Part shown: positions 16,598 to 26,349 of the stretch, piece by piece
Position numbering within the stretch: position 1 is the first letter of the stretch
Layout: each line of letters starts with the position of its first letter
Assembly (NCBI GenBank): GCA_942491345.1
Contig: CALOAN010000021.1
Coordinates: 261,355-325,354, forward strand
Length of the DNA stretch: 64,000 nucleotides
Source: an uncultured actinomycete
Lineage (GTDB): Bacteria; Actinomycetota; Acidimicrobiia; Spongiisociales; UBA5794
Direction of reading: 5' to 3'
Position numbers and translations under genes: made by a program
The notes under the pieces: generated by a model
The model's input: the letters and a program-made list of their open reading frames with translations, nothing else
Database searches by the model: none
What the model was told of the DNA's origin: nothing

Positions 16598-17812
16598 ATG
16601 TCCGGTTCATTCCTGCACCCGTTCACGCCACCTCGCAAGAAAGAGTTCGTGAAGATCGTGCGCGGCGACGGGGCCGTCGTCTGGGACGATGCCGAGAATC
16701 CGTACATCGACGGAATGGCGTCGCTCTGGTATGTCAACATCGGCCACGGTCGAGAAGAGATGGCCGAAGCGCTTGCTGCTCAGGCACGAACTCTTGCGGC
16801 CTATCACGCCTTCGACCCGTTCACGAACGGACCGGCCGACGAAGCCGCCGACAAGATCGCAGAGTTGTCCCCCTACTCCGACAGCCGCGTCTTCTTCGGG
16901 ACCTCGGGATCCGAGGCGGTCGATACCGCGATGAAGATCGCCCGAATTGCCCAACGTGAGGCCGGGCATCCGGAGAAGACGATCGTCGTCAGCCGCGAAC
17001 GCGGCTACCACGGCACCAACTACGGAGGAACGTCGCTTCAGGGGATCGCGCCCAACCGGGAAGGGTGGGGACCACTCGTCCCCGGTGTCGTCAACGTGAC
17101 TGCGGACGACGAGGAGGCGATGAAACAGATCTTCGCCGACCACGGCGATGAGATCGCCGCTGTCATCACCGAACCCGTCCAGGGCGCTGGCGGCGTGTGG
17201 CCGGCGCAGCCCGGTTACCTGCAGCATCTGCGAGACCTGTGTGACACGTACGGGGCGTACTTGATCCATGACGAGGTCATCACCGGCTTTGGCCGCCTCG
17301 GCGAGTGGTTCGGGAGCCAGTACTACGGAGTGACTCCCGACATGATCACGTTTGCGAAGGCGGTCACCTCGGGATACGTGCCGTTCTCCGGCGTCATCGT
17401 CGGCCCGGCCGTGAAGGCTGCGCTCGAAGCCAACGAGGGGTTCCTTCTTCGCACGGGCTATACGTATTCGGGCCATCCCGTCGCGGCCACCGCTGCCTTG
17501 AAGGCCATCGAGATTCAGGAGAGGGAAGGTTTGCTCGCACGAGCGACCGAGATCGGCGCACGATTGGAGAACGGCTTGTCCGGCCTCTTCGACGACGGGC
17601 TGCTGGTCAATGTGCGCGGTGCGGGTGCGGTGTGGGGTGTGACGGTGCCCGACGGCGTCGACGCGGTTGTCACCCGGGATCGCTTGCTCGATGAAGGGGT
17701 CATAGTGCGACCCTTGCCCCCCTACCTGCTGATGTGCCCGCCGCTCGTGATTTCGTACGAACAGATCGATGAGATGGTTTCGGGGATGCGAAAGGTCCTC
17801 GAAACAAGCTGA
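16598..17812 (+). CDS. Class III (omega) aminotransferase
   Basis: YIDGMASLWYVNIGHGR...GSEAVDTAMKIAR...HDEVITGFGRLG...TFAKAVTSGYVP (PLP lysine context). Confidence 0.85.
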   Translation: MSGSFLHPFTPPRKKEFVKIVRGDGAVVWDDAENPYIDGMASLWYVNIGHGREEMAEALAAQARTLAAYHAFDPFTNGPADEAADKIAELSPYSDSRVFFGTSGSEAVDTAMKIARIAQREAGHPEKTIVVSRERGYHGTNYGGTSLQGIAPNREGWGPLVPGVVNVTADDEEAMKQIFADHGDEIAAVITEPVQGAGGVWPAQPGYLQHLRDLCDTYGAYLIHDEVITGFGRLGEWFGSQYYGVTPDMITFAKAVTSGYVPFSGVIVGPAVKAALEANEGFLLRTGYTYSGHPVAATAALKAIEIQEREGLLARATEIGARLENGLSGLFDDGLLVNVRGAGAVWGVTVPDGVDAVVTRDRLLDEGVIVRPLPPYLLMCPPLVISYEQIDEMVSGMRKVLETS

Positions 17813-17867
17813 ACAGGAACCGGCCTCGACACCCTCGGGTGGCCTGAGGCCAACGTGGAGGTGAGTG

Positions 17868-19004
17868 ATGATCGTCGGAGCCCCGATGGAGATCAAGAGT
17901 GCGGAGCGCAGGGTCGGCCTGACCCCCGCATCCGTGCGAGAACTCGTCGCCCACGGTCACGAAGTGATCGTCGAGACGGGCGCGGGGGTTGGGATCGCAG
18001 CATCTGACGATGACTACGTTGACGCCGGCGCTTCGATCGCATCTACCGCCGATGAGGTGTGGGCGACTGCCACGATGATCGTCAAGGTGAAAGAACCCCA
18101 GGCCGTTGAACGCGCCAGGCTCCGACCCGACCATGTCTTGTTCACCTACCTTCACCTTGCTCCTGATCCGGAACAGACAGAGGACCTGGTAGCCAGCGGT
18201 GCGACCTGTATCGCGTATGAGACGGTCACCGACGACGCAGGCGGCCTGCCGCTCCTCGCTCCCATGTCTCAGGTTGCGGGCCGCATGTCTGTGCAGGCCG
18301 GCGCGCACTGCCTCGAGGCGCCGCACGGTGGCGCCGGACTCCTCCTCGGCGGTGTTCCCGGCGTGATGCCTGCGAGAGTGGTCGTGATCGGTGGCGGCGT
18401 TGTGGGAGAGAACGCGATCCAGATGGCCGCCGGTCTCGGTGGTGATGTCGTCGTACTCGACAAGAGTGTTCCGGTGCTGAATCGCCTCGCTCGGCACTTC
18501 GGGAACTCGCTCGAGACGGTGTACTCGACACGTGCCGCGGTCGAGGAGCTCGTTCTCCAAGCCGACCTTGTCATTGGCGCAGTGCTCGTCAAGGGCGACC
18601 GGGCCCCGACGTTGGTGACCGCCGACACGGTGAAGCGAATGAAGCCGGGGTCGGTTCTGGTCGACGTCGCGATTGATCAAGGCGGCTGCTTCGAGACATC
18701 GCGCCCGACAACGCACGAGGACCCAACCTACATCGTTGACAACGTCGTTCACTACTGCGTCGCCAACATGCCGGGGGCCGTGCCTCAGACATCGACACGC
18801 GCACTGAACAATGCGACCCTCCACTTCGCGTTGGCGCTCGCCGATAAGGGCGCAAAGCAGGCGATGCTGGACGACCCTCACCTGCTCGGCGGGTTGAATG
18901 TGTGTGGCGGTGTTGTGACCGAGGAGCACGTCGCCACGGCGCTGGGCTACGACTACGTCGACCCGGGAACGGCGCTCGAGGAGAACTACAGCGCCGGCGG
19001 CTAG
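17868..19004 (+). CDS. ald: Alanine dehydrogenase
   Basis: [20 protein letters not shown]...[12 protein letters not shown]...[19 protein letters not shown] upstream. Confidence 0.9.
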   Translation: MIVGAPMEIKSAERRVGLTPASVRELVAHGHEVIVETGAGVGIAASDDDYVDAGASIASTADEVWATATMIVKVKEPQAVERARLRPDHVLFTYLHLAPDPEQTEDLVASGATCIAYETVTDDAGGLPLLAPMSQVAGRMSVQAGAHCLEAPHGGAGLLLGGVPGVMPARVVVIGGGVVGENAIQMAAGLGGDVVVLDKSVPVLNRLARHFGNSLETVYSTRAAVEELVLQADLVIGAVLVKGDRAPTLVTADTVKRMKPGSVLVDVAIDQGGCFETSRPTTHEDPTYIVDNVVHYCVANMPGAVPQTSTRALNNATLHFALALADKGAKQAMLDDPHLLGGLNVCGGVVTEEHVATALGYDYVDPGTALEENYSAGG

Positions 19005-19028
19005 TTGTGCTGTCTTTGCGTCTGTGAG

Positions 19029-19430
19029 CTACGAGGCCGACACCGCGAGAACGGGGCACGTGGCGCCCAACATGACCGCCAGCGGCGTGCTCCCGAGCAG
19101 GAGCTTGCCGGTGGTGCTGCGTTTCTGATAGCCGACGACGATGAGGTCGGCACTCTGTTCCGCCGCGACCTCCAGAAGATCCTCCGACGGCGCCCGACCG
19201 CGTACGAAGGTCTCCACCTCGAACTCGATGTTCTCGGACCTCAATCGGGTTTCAACTCGTTCCATCGCTTTGCGGGAGGCGTTGATCTCATCCGGTGTGG
19301 TTTGTTGGCCGCCGCGCAGCGAATGGACAACGATCAATCCCGTGTTCCGGCGCCGAGCTTCCTCGATTGCGAGTTCGAGCGCACGGTTCCCGGGTGGGTT
19401 GTCGACGAATCCGACGACGATGGTCGCCAT
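19029..19430 (-). CDS. Universal stress protein (UspA family)
   Basis: MATIVVGFVDNPPGNRALELAI...LIVVGYQKRSTTGKLLLGSTPLAVMLGATCPVLAV. GGAGG RBS before the ATG at 19430. Confidence 0.8.
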   Translation of the reverse strand: MATIVVGFVDNPPGNRALELAIEEARRRNTGLIVVHSLRGGQQTTPDEINASRKAMERVETRLRSENIEFEVETFVRGRAPSEDLLEVAAEQSADLIVVGYQKRSTTGKLLLGSTPLAVMLGATCPVLAVSAS

Positions 19431-19594
19431 CGTGACCTCCGTTGGTTGGTTCTGCCTTCGATCATAGGCCCTGCAGCCGGACCCGCTCCAGAGTCGGTAT
19501 CCCTGGGTACGCGGTCCGTGCGTACAGGCGAACGACACCGGAGGTGAGCCCGTCGGGGGGCTGGTACGGGTCCGCTGGTAGCGTTGCGCGGGAG

Positions 19595-21832
19595 ATGATC
19601 GATCACGAACGACTTGTGGCCGACGTGTTCGGAATCACCGGCAAATGCTCGCTTCTGCCGGGTGAGATCGACGAGAACGCGAGGGTCACCGGATCGGACG
19701 AACAGGACTACCTGTTGAGAATCTCGCCACCGGAGACGAATGTCGCGGCGCTGCGCTTTCGGCAATCGGTCCTCGATGCTGTGGCCCGTGCCGGTGCCGG
19801 CGTCGCCACGCCGGCGGTTGTCCCGACCGTCACCGGAGGCACATGGGCTGCTCTCGACGACGGGCTCACGGCCCACCTGTACTCATGGGTCGATGGCGTC
19901 GCCTATAGCGAGGCCGGCCGGCCACCGGAGCTTGCACACGAGATCGGTGTTGTCGCAGGCACGATTGTGAACGCGCTCGCCGGCCTTCCGGCGGGACCTC
20001 AGCCGTCCGGATTCCTCTGGGATCTTTCGGATGCGGGAACGATCATCACGAAGCGCTTGGGGGCAATCGACGATTCACGCCGACGGCGGCTGATCGAGCG
20101 TGTGCTTGACCGGTACGAAGCGATCGATCTTGGAGCGCTTCCCCGACAGGTGGTCCACAACGATCTGAACGACGAGAACATCGTGCTTCGCGACGGTGTG
20201 ATCTCCGGGGTGATCGACTTCGGTGACGCGATCGAGACCGTCAGGGTCGCAGAACTCGCCATCGCGTGCACCTACGCCATGTTCGATCAGGACGATCCCG
20301 TCGGGGTCGCCTCCGACGTGATCTCGGGGTACCGGCCGCTGGCGCCCCTCACCGATGCCGAGGCTGGTGCCCTCCTCGACCTGATCCTGGCTCGACTCGC
20401 CACGTCGGTGACGGTTTCTGCGTCTCGCGGCGATGCCAACCAACATCACACCATCAGCGAGGATCTGGCATGGGACCTGCTCGAGCGCCTCGTGGCAGGC
20501 GACCTCGACAGGATTGCCGAGGAACTCTCCGCCGCTGGTAGGGAGGTGCGACCTTCCAGGCCGCGCCGAACCGAGCTTCTCGGTCGTCGCTCGACGCTCG
20601 GACCCTCACTCAGCCTCAGCTACGACGAACCCCTGACCATCGTGCGTGGAAGCGGCCAATACCTCTACGACGAACGTGGCCGGCGATACCTCGACTGCGT
20701 CAACAACGTGTGCCATGTTGGGCACGGCAATCCGGCGGTCGCTGCAGCAGGTGCCGCCCAATCGTTTGTCCTCAACACCAACACTCGCTACCTGCATCCC
20801 GAAGTTCTCCGCTACGCCGAGAGGATCCTCGCGACCCTCCCTGATCACCTTGATCAGGTGTTTCTCGTCAACTCGGGCAGCGAGGCCAACGAACTAGCGA
20901 TTCGGCTCGTCCGAGCGGCCACCCAGCGGACGGACATCGTGTGCCTCGATCACGGCTACCACGGCAACACGTCGACGCTGATCGATGTGAGTCCATACAA
21001 GTTCAACGCACCCGCCGGAGCAGGCAAGCGCGACTGGGTTCACGTGCTCCCGTCTCCCGATCCGTATCGCGTTCCGGAGTTCAGCGGCTTCGAGGGCCCT
21101 GCGACGTACCGCGCGATAGCGGACGACGTACTCGCCGGCACGGCACCCGCCGGGCTCATCATCGAAGCCCTCCCCGGCTGCGGCGGTCAGGTCGTTCCGT
21201 CTCCGGGTGTGCCGAATGCCGCGCACGATGCCGTTCGGGCCAGGGGAGGGTTGGTCGTCGCCGATGAGGTTCAGACCGGGTTCGGACGGACCGGTGCGTT
21301 CTGGGCGTTCGAGAGATACGACCTCGAGCCCGATGTGGTGACGATGGGCAAGCCGGCGGGGAACGGACACCCGCTCGCGGTTGTCGCTACGACGCGAGCG
21401 ATCGCAGAGGCCTTCAACAACGGAATGGAGTACTTCAATACCTTCGGCGGCAACCCCGTCTCGGCTGCCATCGGGAATGCCGTGCTCGATGAGATCGAGC
21501 GACTCGACGTTGTTGACCACGGGACGAACGTCGGCGACCGCCTGCTCCACTCCCTGGTCAGAGTTGCCGACCGCCACCACGCGGTCGGCGATGTTCGTGG
21601 CGCGGGCCTCTACCTCGGTGTCGAACTGGTCGAGGAACGGCGTTCGAAGCACCCAGCGACGACCCTGGCCCGAGCGGTTGTCGAATACGCCAAGGCACAG
21701 GGCGTGCTCCTGAGCACCGACGGTCCGTTCGGCAACGTCATCAAGATCAAACCGCCGATGGTGTTCGACTCCGCAAACGCAGACCAATTGGTCTCCGTGA
21801 TCGACGAGGCCCTCGCGGCCTCCACTTCCTAG
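19595..21832 (+). CDS. Fusion protein: APH/choline-kinase-like kinase domain + class III aminotransferase-fold domain of the AGXT2L/ETNPPL phospho-lyase type
   Basis: N-terminal half has VVHNDLNDENIVL and IDFGD kinase motifs. C-terminal half has CVNNVCHVGHGNP, NSGSEANELA, ADEVQTGFGRTG, TMGKPAGNGHPLA, YFNTFGGNPVS. Start is uncertain (ORF maximum 19442). Confidence 0.8.
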   Translation: MIDHERLVADVFGITGKCSLLPGEIDENARVTGSDEQDYLLRISPPETNVAALRFRQSVLDAVARAGAGVATPAVVPTVTGGTWAALDDGLTAHLYSWVDGVAYSEAGRPPELAHEIGVVAGTIVNALAGLPAGPQPSGFLWDLSDAGTIITKRLGAIDDSRRRRLIERVLDRYEAIDLGALPRQVVHNDLNDENIVLRDGVISGVIDFGDAIETVRVAELAIACTYAMFDQDDPVGVASDVISGYRPLAPLTDAEAGALLDLILARLATSVTVSASRGDANQHHTISEDLAWDLLERLVAGDLDRIAEELSAAGREVRPSRPRRTELLGRRSTLGPSLSLSYDEPLTIVRGSGQYLYDERGRRYLDCVNNVCHVGHGNPAVAAAGAAQSFVLNTNTRYLHPEVLRYAERILATLPDHLDQVFLVNSGSEANELAIRLVRAATQRTDIVCLDHGYHGNTSTLIDVSPYKFNAPAGAGKRDWVHVLPSPDPYRVPEFSGFEGPATYRAIADDVLAGTAPAGLIIEALPGCGGQVVPSPGVPNAAHDAVRARGGLVVADEVQTGFGRTGAFWAFERYDLEPDVVTMGKPAGNGHPLAVVATTRAIAEAFNNGMEYFNTFGGNPVSAAIGNAVLDEIERLDVVDHGTNVGDRLLHSLVRVADRHHAVGDVRGAGLYLGVELVEERRSKHPATTLARAVVEYAKAQGVLLSTDGPFGNVIKIKPPMVFDSANADQLVSVIDEALAASTS

Positions 21833-21839
21833 GCGCCGG

Positions 21840-22820
21840 TCAACCCCGAGGCGAAGGTGGTCCGTCCTTCTCCCAACGCCACGCCGACTCGACGATTTCA
21901 GCGAGATCGGTGGTGTGCGGCGTCCACTGCAGAACGCTCCTCGCTTCGTCGGCGGCGGCAACGAGAACCGCAGGATCACCGGGCCGTCGCGACGTCTCGA
22001 CGGCGTTGATCGACCTGCCGGTCACCTCTTCGGACGTGGTGAGCACCTCGCGCACGCTGGCGCCGTGTCCCACGCCGAGATTCAGCGCGACGGTCGCACC
22101 ACCGCTGCGCAGGTAGTCGATGGCACGGACGTGGGCGGAAGCGAGGTCGGTGACGTGGATGTAGTCGCGGATAGCGGTTCCGTCCGGCGTGGGATAGTCG
22201 GTTCCGAAGACGTTCATTGGAGTTCCGTCCCGCGCGGCTCGAAGGGCAAGCGGGATGAGGTGCGTCTCGGGTATGTGCCGTTCCCGGCGGCGCTCAGATG
22301 CGCCGGCCGCGTTGAAGTACCTGAGCGAGACCGCTTGGAGTTGTCCAGACGCCGACAGATCCTCGAGTACCTGCTCGACCACCAGCTTCGTGTTGCCGTA
22401 CGGGCTGGTCGGCTGTTTCGGGTGCGCTTCCGGGATGGGGACCTCGATTGGATCCCCATACACGGCCGCCGACGACGAGAACACCACATTGTCGACGCCG
22501 AGGCTAGAAAGGGTGTCAAACAGGGTGATGCTCTCTGCCACGTTGCGGCGCCAATACAGGCCGGGCTCCGCAACGGATTCGCCTACGGCGATGAGTCCCG
22601 CGAAGTGGATGCAGGCGTCCACCTCGTGGTCGGCCACGATGCGGGTGATGGCATCACGGTCACCGACAGTGGCTCGGTAGAACGGCACATCGTCGTCCAC
22701 GACATCGCGGTGTCCGCGGCTCAGGTCGTCGATGACCACCACCGGTTTGCCGCCCGCCCGCAACTGGTCGGTCACGACTCCGCCGATGAATCCGGCCCCT
22801 CCGGTCACGAGCACAGTCAT
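21840..22820 (-). CDS. galE: UDP-glucose 4-epimerase
   Basis: MTVLVTGGAGFIGG...YGNTKLVVE...; ATGA overlap with the galK stop at 22817-22820. Confidence 0.9.
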   Translation of the reverse strand: MTVLVTGGAGFIGGVVTDQLRAGGKPVVVIDDLSRGHRDVVDDDVPFYRATVGDRDAITRIVADHEVDACIHFAGLIAVGESVAEPGLYWRRNVAESITLFDTLSSLGVDNVVFSSSAAVYGDPIEVPIPEAHPKQPTSPYGNTKLVVEQVLEDLSASGQLQAVSLRYFNAAGASERRRERHIPETHLIPLALRAARDGTPMNVFGTDYPTPDGTAIRDYIHVTDLASAHVRAIDYLRSGGATVALNLGVGHGASVREVLTTSEEVTGRSINAVETSRRPGDPAVLVAAADEARSVLQWTPHTTDLAEIVESAWRWEKDGPPSPRG

Positions 22821-23992
22821 GTCACATTCTCCTCTGTCTGGACGCTTGTGCCGTCGGATGCCTTGCAGACATAGAGAGACGGTTCGAGCCCCGTCCGATT
22901 CCGATACACGCGTGTCGTCTCGCATATGAAGCCTTCGAGTGCGGAACTCTCGACAAGCGCCACCGCACAACCGGCGAACCCACCGCCGGTCATCCGTGCG
23001 CCAAGGCATCCGGGAGCGGCGACGGCGGCTTCCACCATGGCGTCGAGCTCCGGACCCGATACTTCGTAGTCCTCGCGCAAGCTCGCGTGTGAGGAGACCA
23101 TGAGGCTGCCAACCAGGGCTGCATCATCTCCCGCCAGTGCGTCGGCGGCGTCGATGGTGCGCTGGTTTTCAGAGACAACGTGGTGTGCTCTTCGATAGAG
23201 CTTCCAATCTGCGAGCGGATTGCTAGTGAGCGTATTGAGCGTGAGATCGCGAAGAAACTCCTTCCCGTACGCCGCAGTAGCCGCCTCGCATTCGAGCCTT
23301 CGCTCGTTGTAGCGGCTTTCGGTGAGCTTCCTTCTCGTCCCGGTGTCGAGGACAACAACGTCGGTGCCGGTCGGGATAGCGACGGGTCGTGTGGTGAGGT
23401 TGCGGCAATCGATCAGCAGGGCATGGTTCTCGTGACCCGAGCCGCAGATCAGTTGGTCCATGATGCCGCTGCTCAGACCGAGCCATTCGTTCTCAACACG
23501 CCAGCCCATGATCGCGGCCCGACGCGGATCCCAAGCGAAGCCACTCGATACGGAGAAGGCCTTGGCAGCCGCCAACTCGAGCGCGGCCGACGACGAGAGT
23601 CCGGCGCCTGCTGGAAGGTCGGAGGTGAGCGCTCCGTCGAATCCGACAAGCTCAACGCCTTCAACGATGAGTTCATGAGCAATTCCTTCGACGTATGCCG
23701 CCCATCCAGGGTGCTTTTTCAATCGATCAAGATCGATCTCGGCCCACTCATCGCCAAGTTCGGCCCAGATCCTGACCATCCGGTCGGCCCGAGGCCGCAT
23801 GGCGAGCCACAACCCGCGGTCGATGGCGATCGGCAGCACAAATCCCTCCGAGTAGTCGGTGTGGTCGCCGATCAGGTTCACCCGCCCCGGGGACCGGACC
23901 ATGAACGATGGAGGCTCGCCGAAATGCTCGCCGAAGGCGGTCCGGGCCCGATCTTGCGCCGATGAACCGACCCGCCGGGTGGACTCACTCAA
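22817..23992 (-). CDS. galK: Galactokinase
   Basis: PGRVNLIGDHTDYSEGFVLP and GAGLSSSAALE (GHMP kinase). TTG start at 23992 is preceded by GGAGGAGG; the ORF maximum 24136 is rejected. Confidence 0.9.
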   Translation of the reverse strand: MSESTRRVGSSAQDRARTAFGEHFGEPPSFMVRSPGRVNLIGDHTDYSEGFVLPIAIDRGLWLAMRPRADRMVRIWAELGDEWAEIDLDRLKKHPGWAAYVEGIAHELIVEGVELVGFDGALTSDLPAGAGLSSSAALELAAAKAFSVSSGFAWDPRRAAIMGWRVENEWLGLSSGIMDQLICGSGHENHALLIDCRNLTTRPVAIPTGTDVVVLDTGTRRKLTESRYNERRLECEAATAAYGKEFLRDLTLNTLTSNPLADWKLYRRAHHVVSENQRTIDAADALAGDDAALVGSLMVSSHASLREDYEVSGPELDAMVEAAVAAPGCLGARMTGGGFAGCAVALVESSALEGFICETTRVYRNRTGLEPSLYVCKASDGTSVQTEENVT

Positions 23993-24152
23993 GGGGGCCT
24001 CCTCCGATCGTCCGAGCGATGCTAGCGGTAGGCGGACACCGCGCGGCGCCGACAGCTCAGCCGATCGGCCGTCGCGGGTGGGAATCGGTGGACCGAACCA
24101 CACCCGGTCGCGGGCGGGTAGCGTGGCGCCTGCCAACGAGAGGAGGCCCGAA

Positions 24153-25676
24153 GTGGACGATCATTTCTCACTCTATGGGAACAGCCTGAAGCCGTCATAC
24201 ACCAAGCGAGCCCGCCGATGGCAGCAGATGTTCATCGACAAGTTCTCGTACGACCCGGACGAGCAGTACGAACTCACGCTCTTCGACAACGAGTACCTTG
24301 GTTCGGTCTTCGGTCTTCAGGACATCCGCCGGAGCGGCGAGGGGGAGCCGATCGACCCGTCGAACGGCGTCATCTGTGCCACCGTGAGGATGGGCTTCGG
24401 GCACTACCGCATCGCGATGGCGGGCGCGTCGTGTGCGAAGGCGATGGGCTACACCCCCTACTGGCTTGACCTGCTGGCGATTCCGGGCATCACGTCGGAC
24501 GTAATCAACTGGTGGAACACCGGCTACAGCCGCTTCTCACGGGTCTCGCAGCGGAGCAAGCTCTTCAACCAGTACGTATGGGAACCGGTCACGACCGGCG
24601 ACCGCACGCTGCCCGGCCTGTGGTGGGCGCTCAATGCATTCGCCGTGGGCTGGCCCTGGCGATTCATCAAGGCCAACGCCAGGGACTATCGGATGAGCGA
24701 GCTGTTCGCGAATCTCCACCGCGGCCTGCCGTCCGAGACTCCTCTCCTTGGGTCGCACATGTGGAATTCGATGGGCGCCGTGGCCGGTGGGATGACCAAC
24801 GTCGTCGACATGATGTTCGACAACTGGCCGATGGCCTTCCAGCTGATCGAGGGGGCGAGCCATGCCGTGCAGTCACCTTCCGGCTACTACGGCTTCCGGA
24901 CGATGCGCGGCTTCGACGAGAAGAACAGCATCTTGAAGCCGGTACCGAGCGATGCGCTCACCTACGTCGGCCACCACGTTGACCATGAGCTGGTCGAGAA
25001 CATCGAGGTTGACTGCGCTCGTCGGATCGAACGGATGGAGAGCGGTGAGCCGCGTCGGTTTCTCTTGACGATGGGTGGGGCGGGAGCGCAGCGGGATCTC
25101 TTCCAGGCGATCATCGAGCACGTGCGCCCGATGGTCGATGCGGGCGAGGCGACCCTATTTGTGAACCTCGGCGATCATGCTGAGAACTGGGAATGGCTCC
25201 AGGAGGAGATGGGCAGCGACTCCAAGGACGTCCACACCCACTTCACGTGGAGGGACACGCAGGCCTTTGCCGATGAGATTCGCATTGGACCCGCGGAAGG
25301 CATCCACGTGTTCCTGTTCGACAACACCTTCCATGCCGTGTACTCCACGAACTACCTGATGCGGGTGGTCGACGTTCTCATCACGAAACCGAGCGAATTG
25401 GCGTTCTACCCGGTCCCCAAGATCTTCAACGAGCGGGTCGGCGGGCATGAGGCCTGGGGCGCTATCCGTTCCGCAGAACTCGGCGACGGCACGGTGGAGA
25501 TGCGGTCGATCCCTGAGACACTCAACGCGATCGATCTGATTGCCGGTGAGGAGGATCTGCTGCGCATGTACTGCGACTCGATCATCAAGAACAAACACAT
25601 CGGGATCTACGACGGCGCCTATCACAGCGTGGCGCTCGCCACGGGAACAACCTGGGAGCGTCCGGCGCCGGATTAG
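24153..25676 (+). CDS. GT-B-fold glycosyltransferase-like protein (MGDG-synthase/UgtP-like), function unknown
   Basis: VRMGFGHYRIAMAGA, LLTMGGAGAQRD and VLITKPSELAFYPVPKI resemble the N- and C-terminal motifs of the diacylglycerol glycosyltransferase family. GTG start at 24153 with an AGGAGG RBS. Family assignment is tentative. Confidence 0.45.
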   Translation: MDDHFSLYGNSLKPSYTKRARRWQQMFIDKFSYDPDEQYELTLFDNEYLGSVFGLQDIRRSGEGEPIDPSNGVICATVRMGFGHYRIAMAGASCAKAMGYTPYWLDLLAIPGITSDVINWWNTGYSRFSRVSQRSKLFNQYVWEPVTTGDRTLPGLWWALNAFAVGWPWRFIKANARDYRMSELFANLHRGLPSETPLLGSHMWNSMGAVAGGMTNVVDMMFDNWPMAFQLIEGASHAVQSPSGYYGFRTMRGFDEKNSILKPVPSDALTYVGHHVDHELVENIEVDCARRIERMESGEPRRFLLTMGGAGAQRDLFQAIIEHVRPMVDAGEATLFVNLGDHAENWEWLQEEMGSDSKDVHTHFTWRDTQAFADEIRIGPAEGIHVFLFDNTFHAVYSTNYLMRVVDVLITKPSELAFYPVPKIFNERVGGHEAWGAIRSAELGDGTVEMRSIPETLNAIDLIAGEEDLLRMYCDSIIKNKHIGIYDGAYHSVALATGTTWERPAPD

Positions 25677-25724
25677 GTGCAATCGCCCGCCACAGAGGGG
25701 CGGCGTGGTGCAACGCTGTTGTCG

Positions 25725-26213
25725 CTACCAGCCCGTAGTCCCGGGCGCTCCCTTGAACGGACCAACGATTTCGTCCGTGATCCAACCGCCGTAGAAGCTG
25801 CCTTCCTGAGCGCGAACCAACTCGCCGCCCAGATAACAGGCGTCGACTCTTCCCGGGTACACAGAGAGGTATTCCGCGATTACTTCGAAGCCGGGGCTTG
25901 GCTCGGGATAGCTCCACGCCGCGGCGACCCGCGTGAGTTCTCCGCCACTGAGATCCCAGTACTCGGCCAGGCCCTTCCATTCACACACTGTGCGTTGTGG
26001 GTTCGGGCTGAGGGCTCCTGCCGCGAACGCTTCCGGCGGAACGTAGATGCCGGGCGGATGGCTGGTTTCAAGCACCCGCAGCGCACGATCCGTGGTGGCG
26101 ATCGTTTCACCTCCGAGGACGATCCGGACAATCCGAGGCTCGGGTGCAACTCGCGGTGGCCGCGGATAGTCCCACACCGATTCTTGACCGGGGCCTGGGC
26201 GTTCGCGCTTCAT
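25725..26213 (-). CDS. DUF427 domain protein
   Basis: SVWDYPRPP...TVCEWKGLAEYWD...YPGRVDACY is a typical DUF427 pattern. Confidence 0.75.
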   Translation of the reverse strand: MKRERPGPGQESVWDYPRPPRVAPEPRIVRIVLGGETIATTDRALRVLETSHPPGIYVPPEAFAAGALSPNPQRTVCEWKGLAEYWDLSGGELTRVAAAWSYPEPSPGFEVIAEYLSVYPGRVDACYLGGELVRAQEGSFYGGWITDEIVGPFKGAPGTTGW

Positions 26214-26349
26214 GGAAGAACCCTAGGTATCGTCGCCGGACACGGCGACGACCAGCGGAGGGTCTGCCGGGTCGGTCTATCCTCGATACCGAAGACGCTC
26301 GACCCGATGGCGTCGGGCGCTGTGAGCCGGACACGACAGGAGACGCAGC

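Noticed and set aside
23859-24152. N-terminal 98-codon extension of the GT-B-like ORF, and the 48-codon extension of galK
   Set aside because: The extensions overlap each other on opposite strands and are Arg/Pro-rich. Internal GTG (24153) and TTG (23992) starts each have a strong GGAGG-type RBS.
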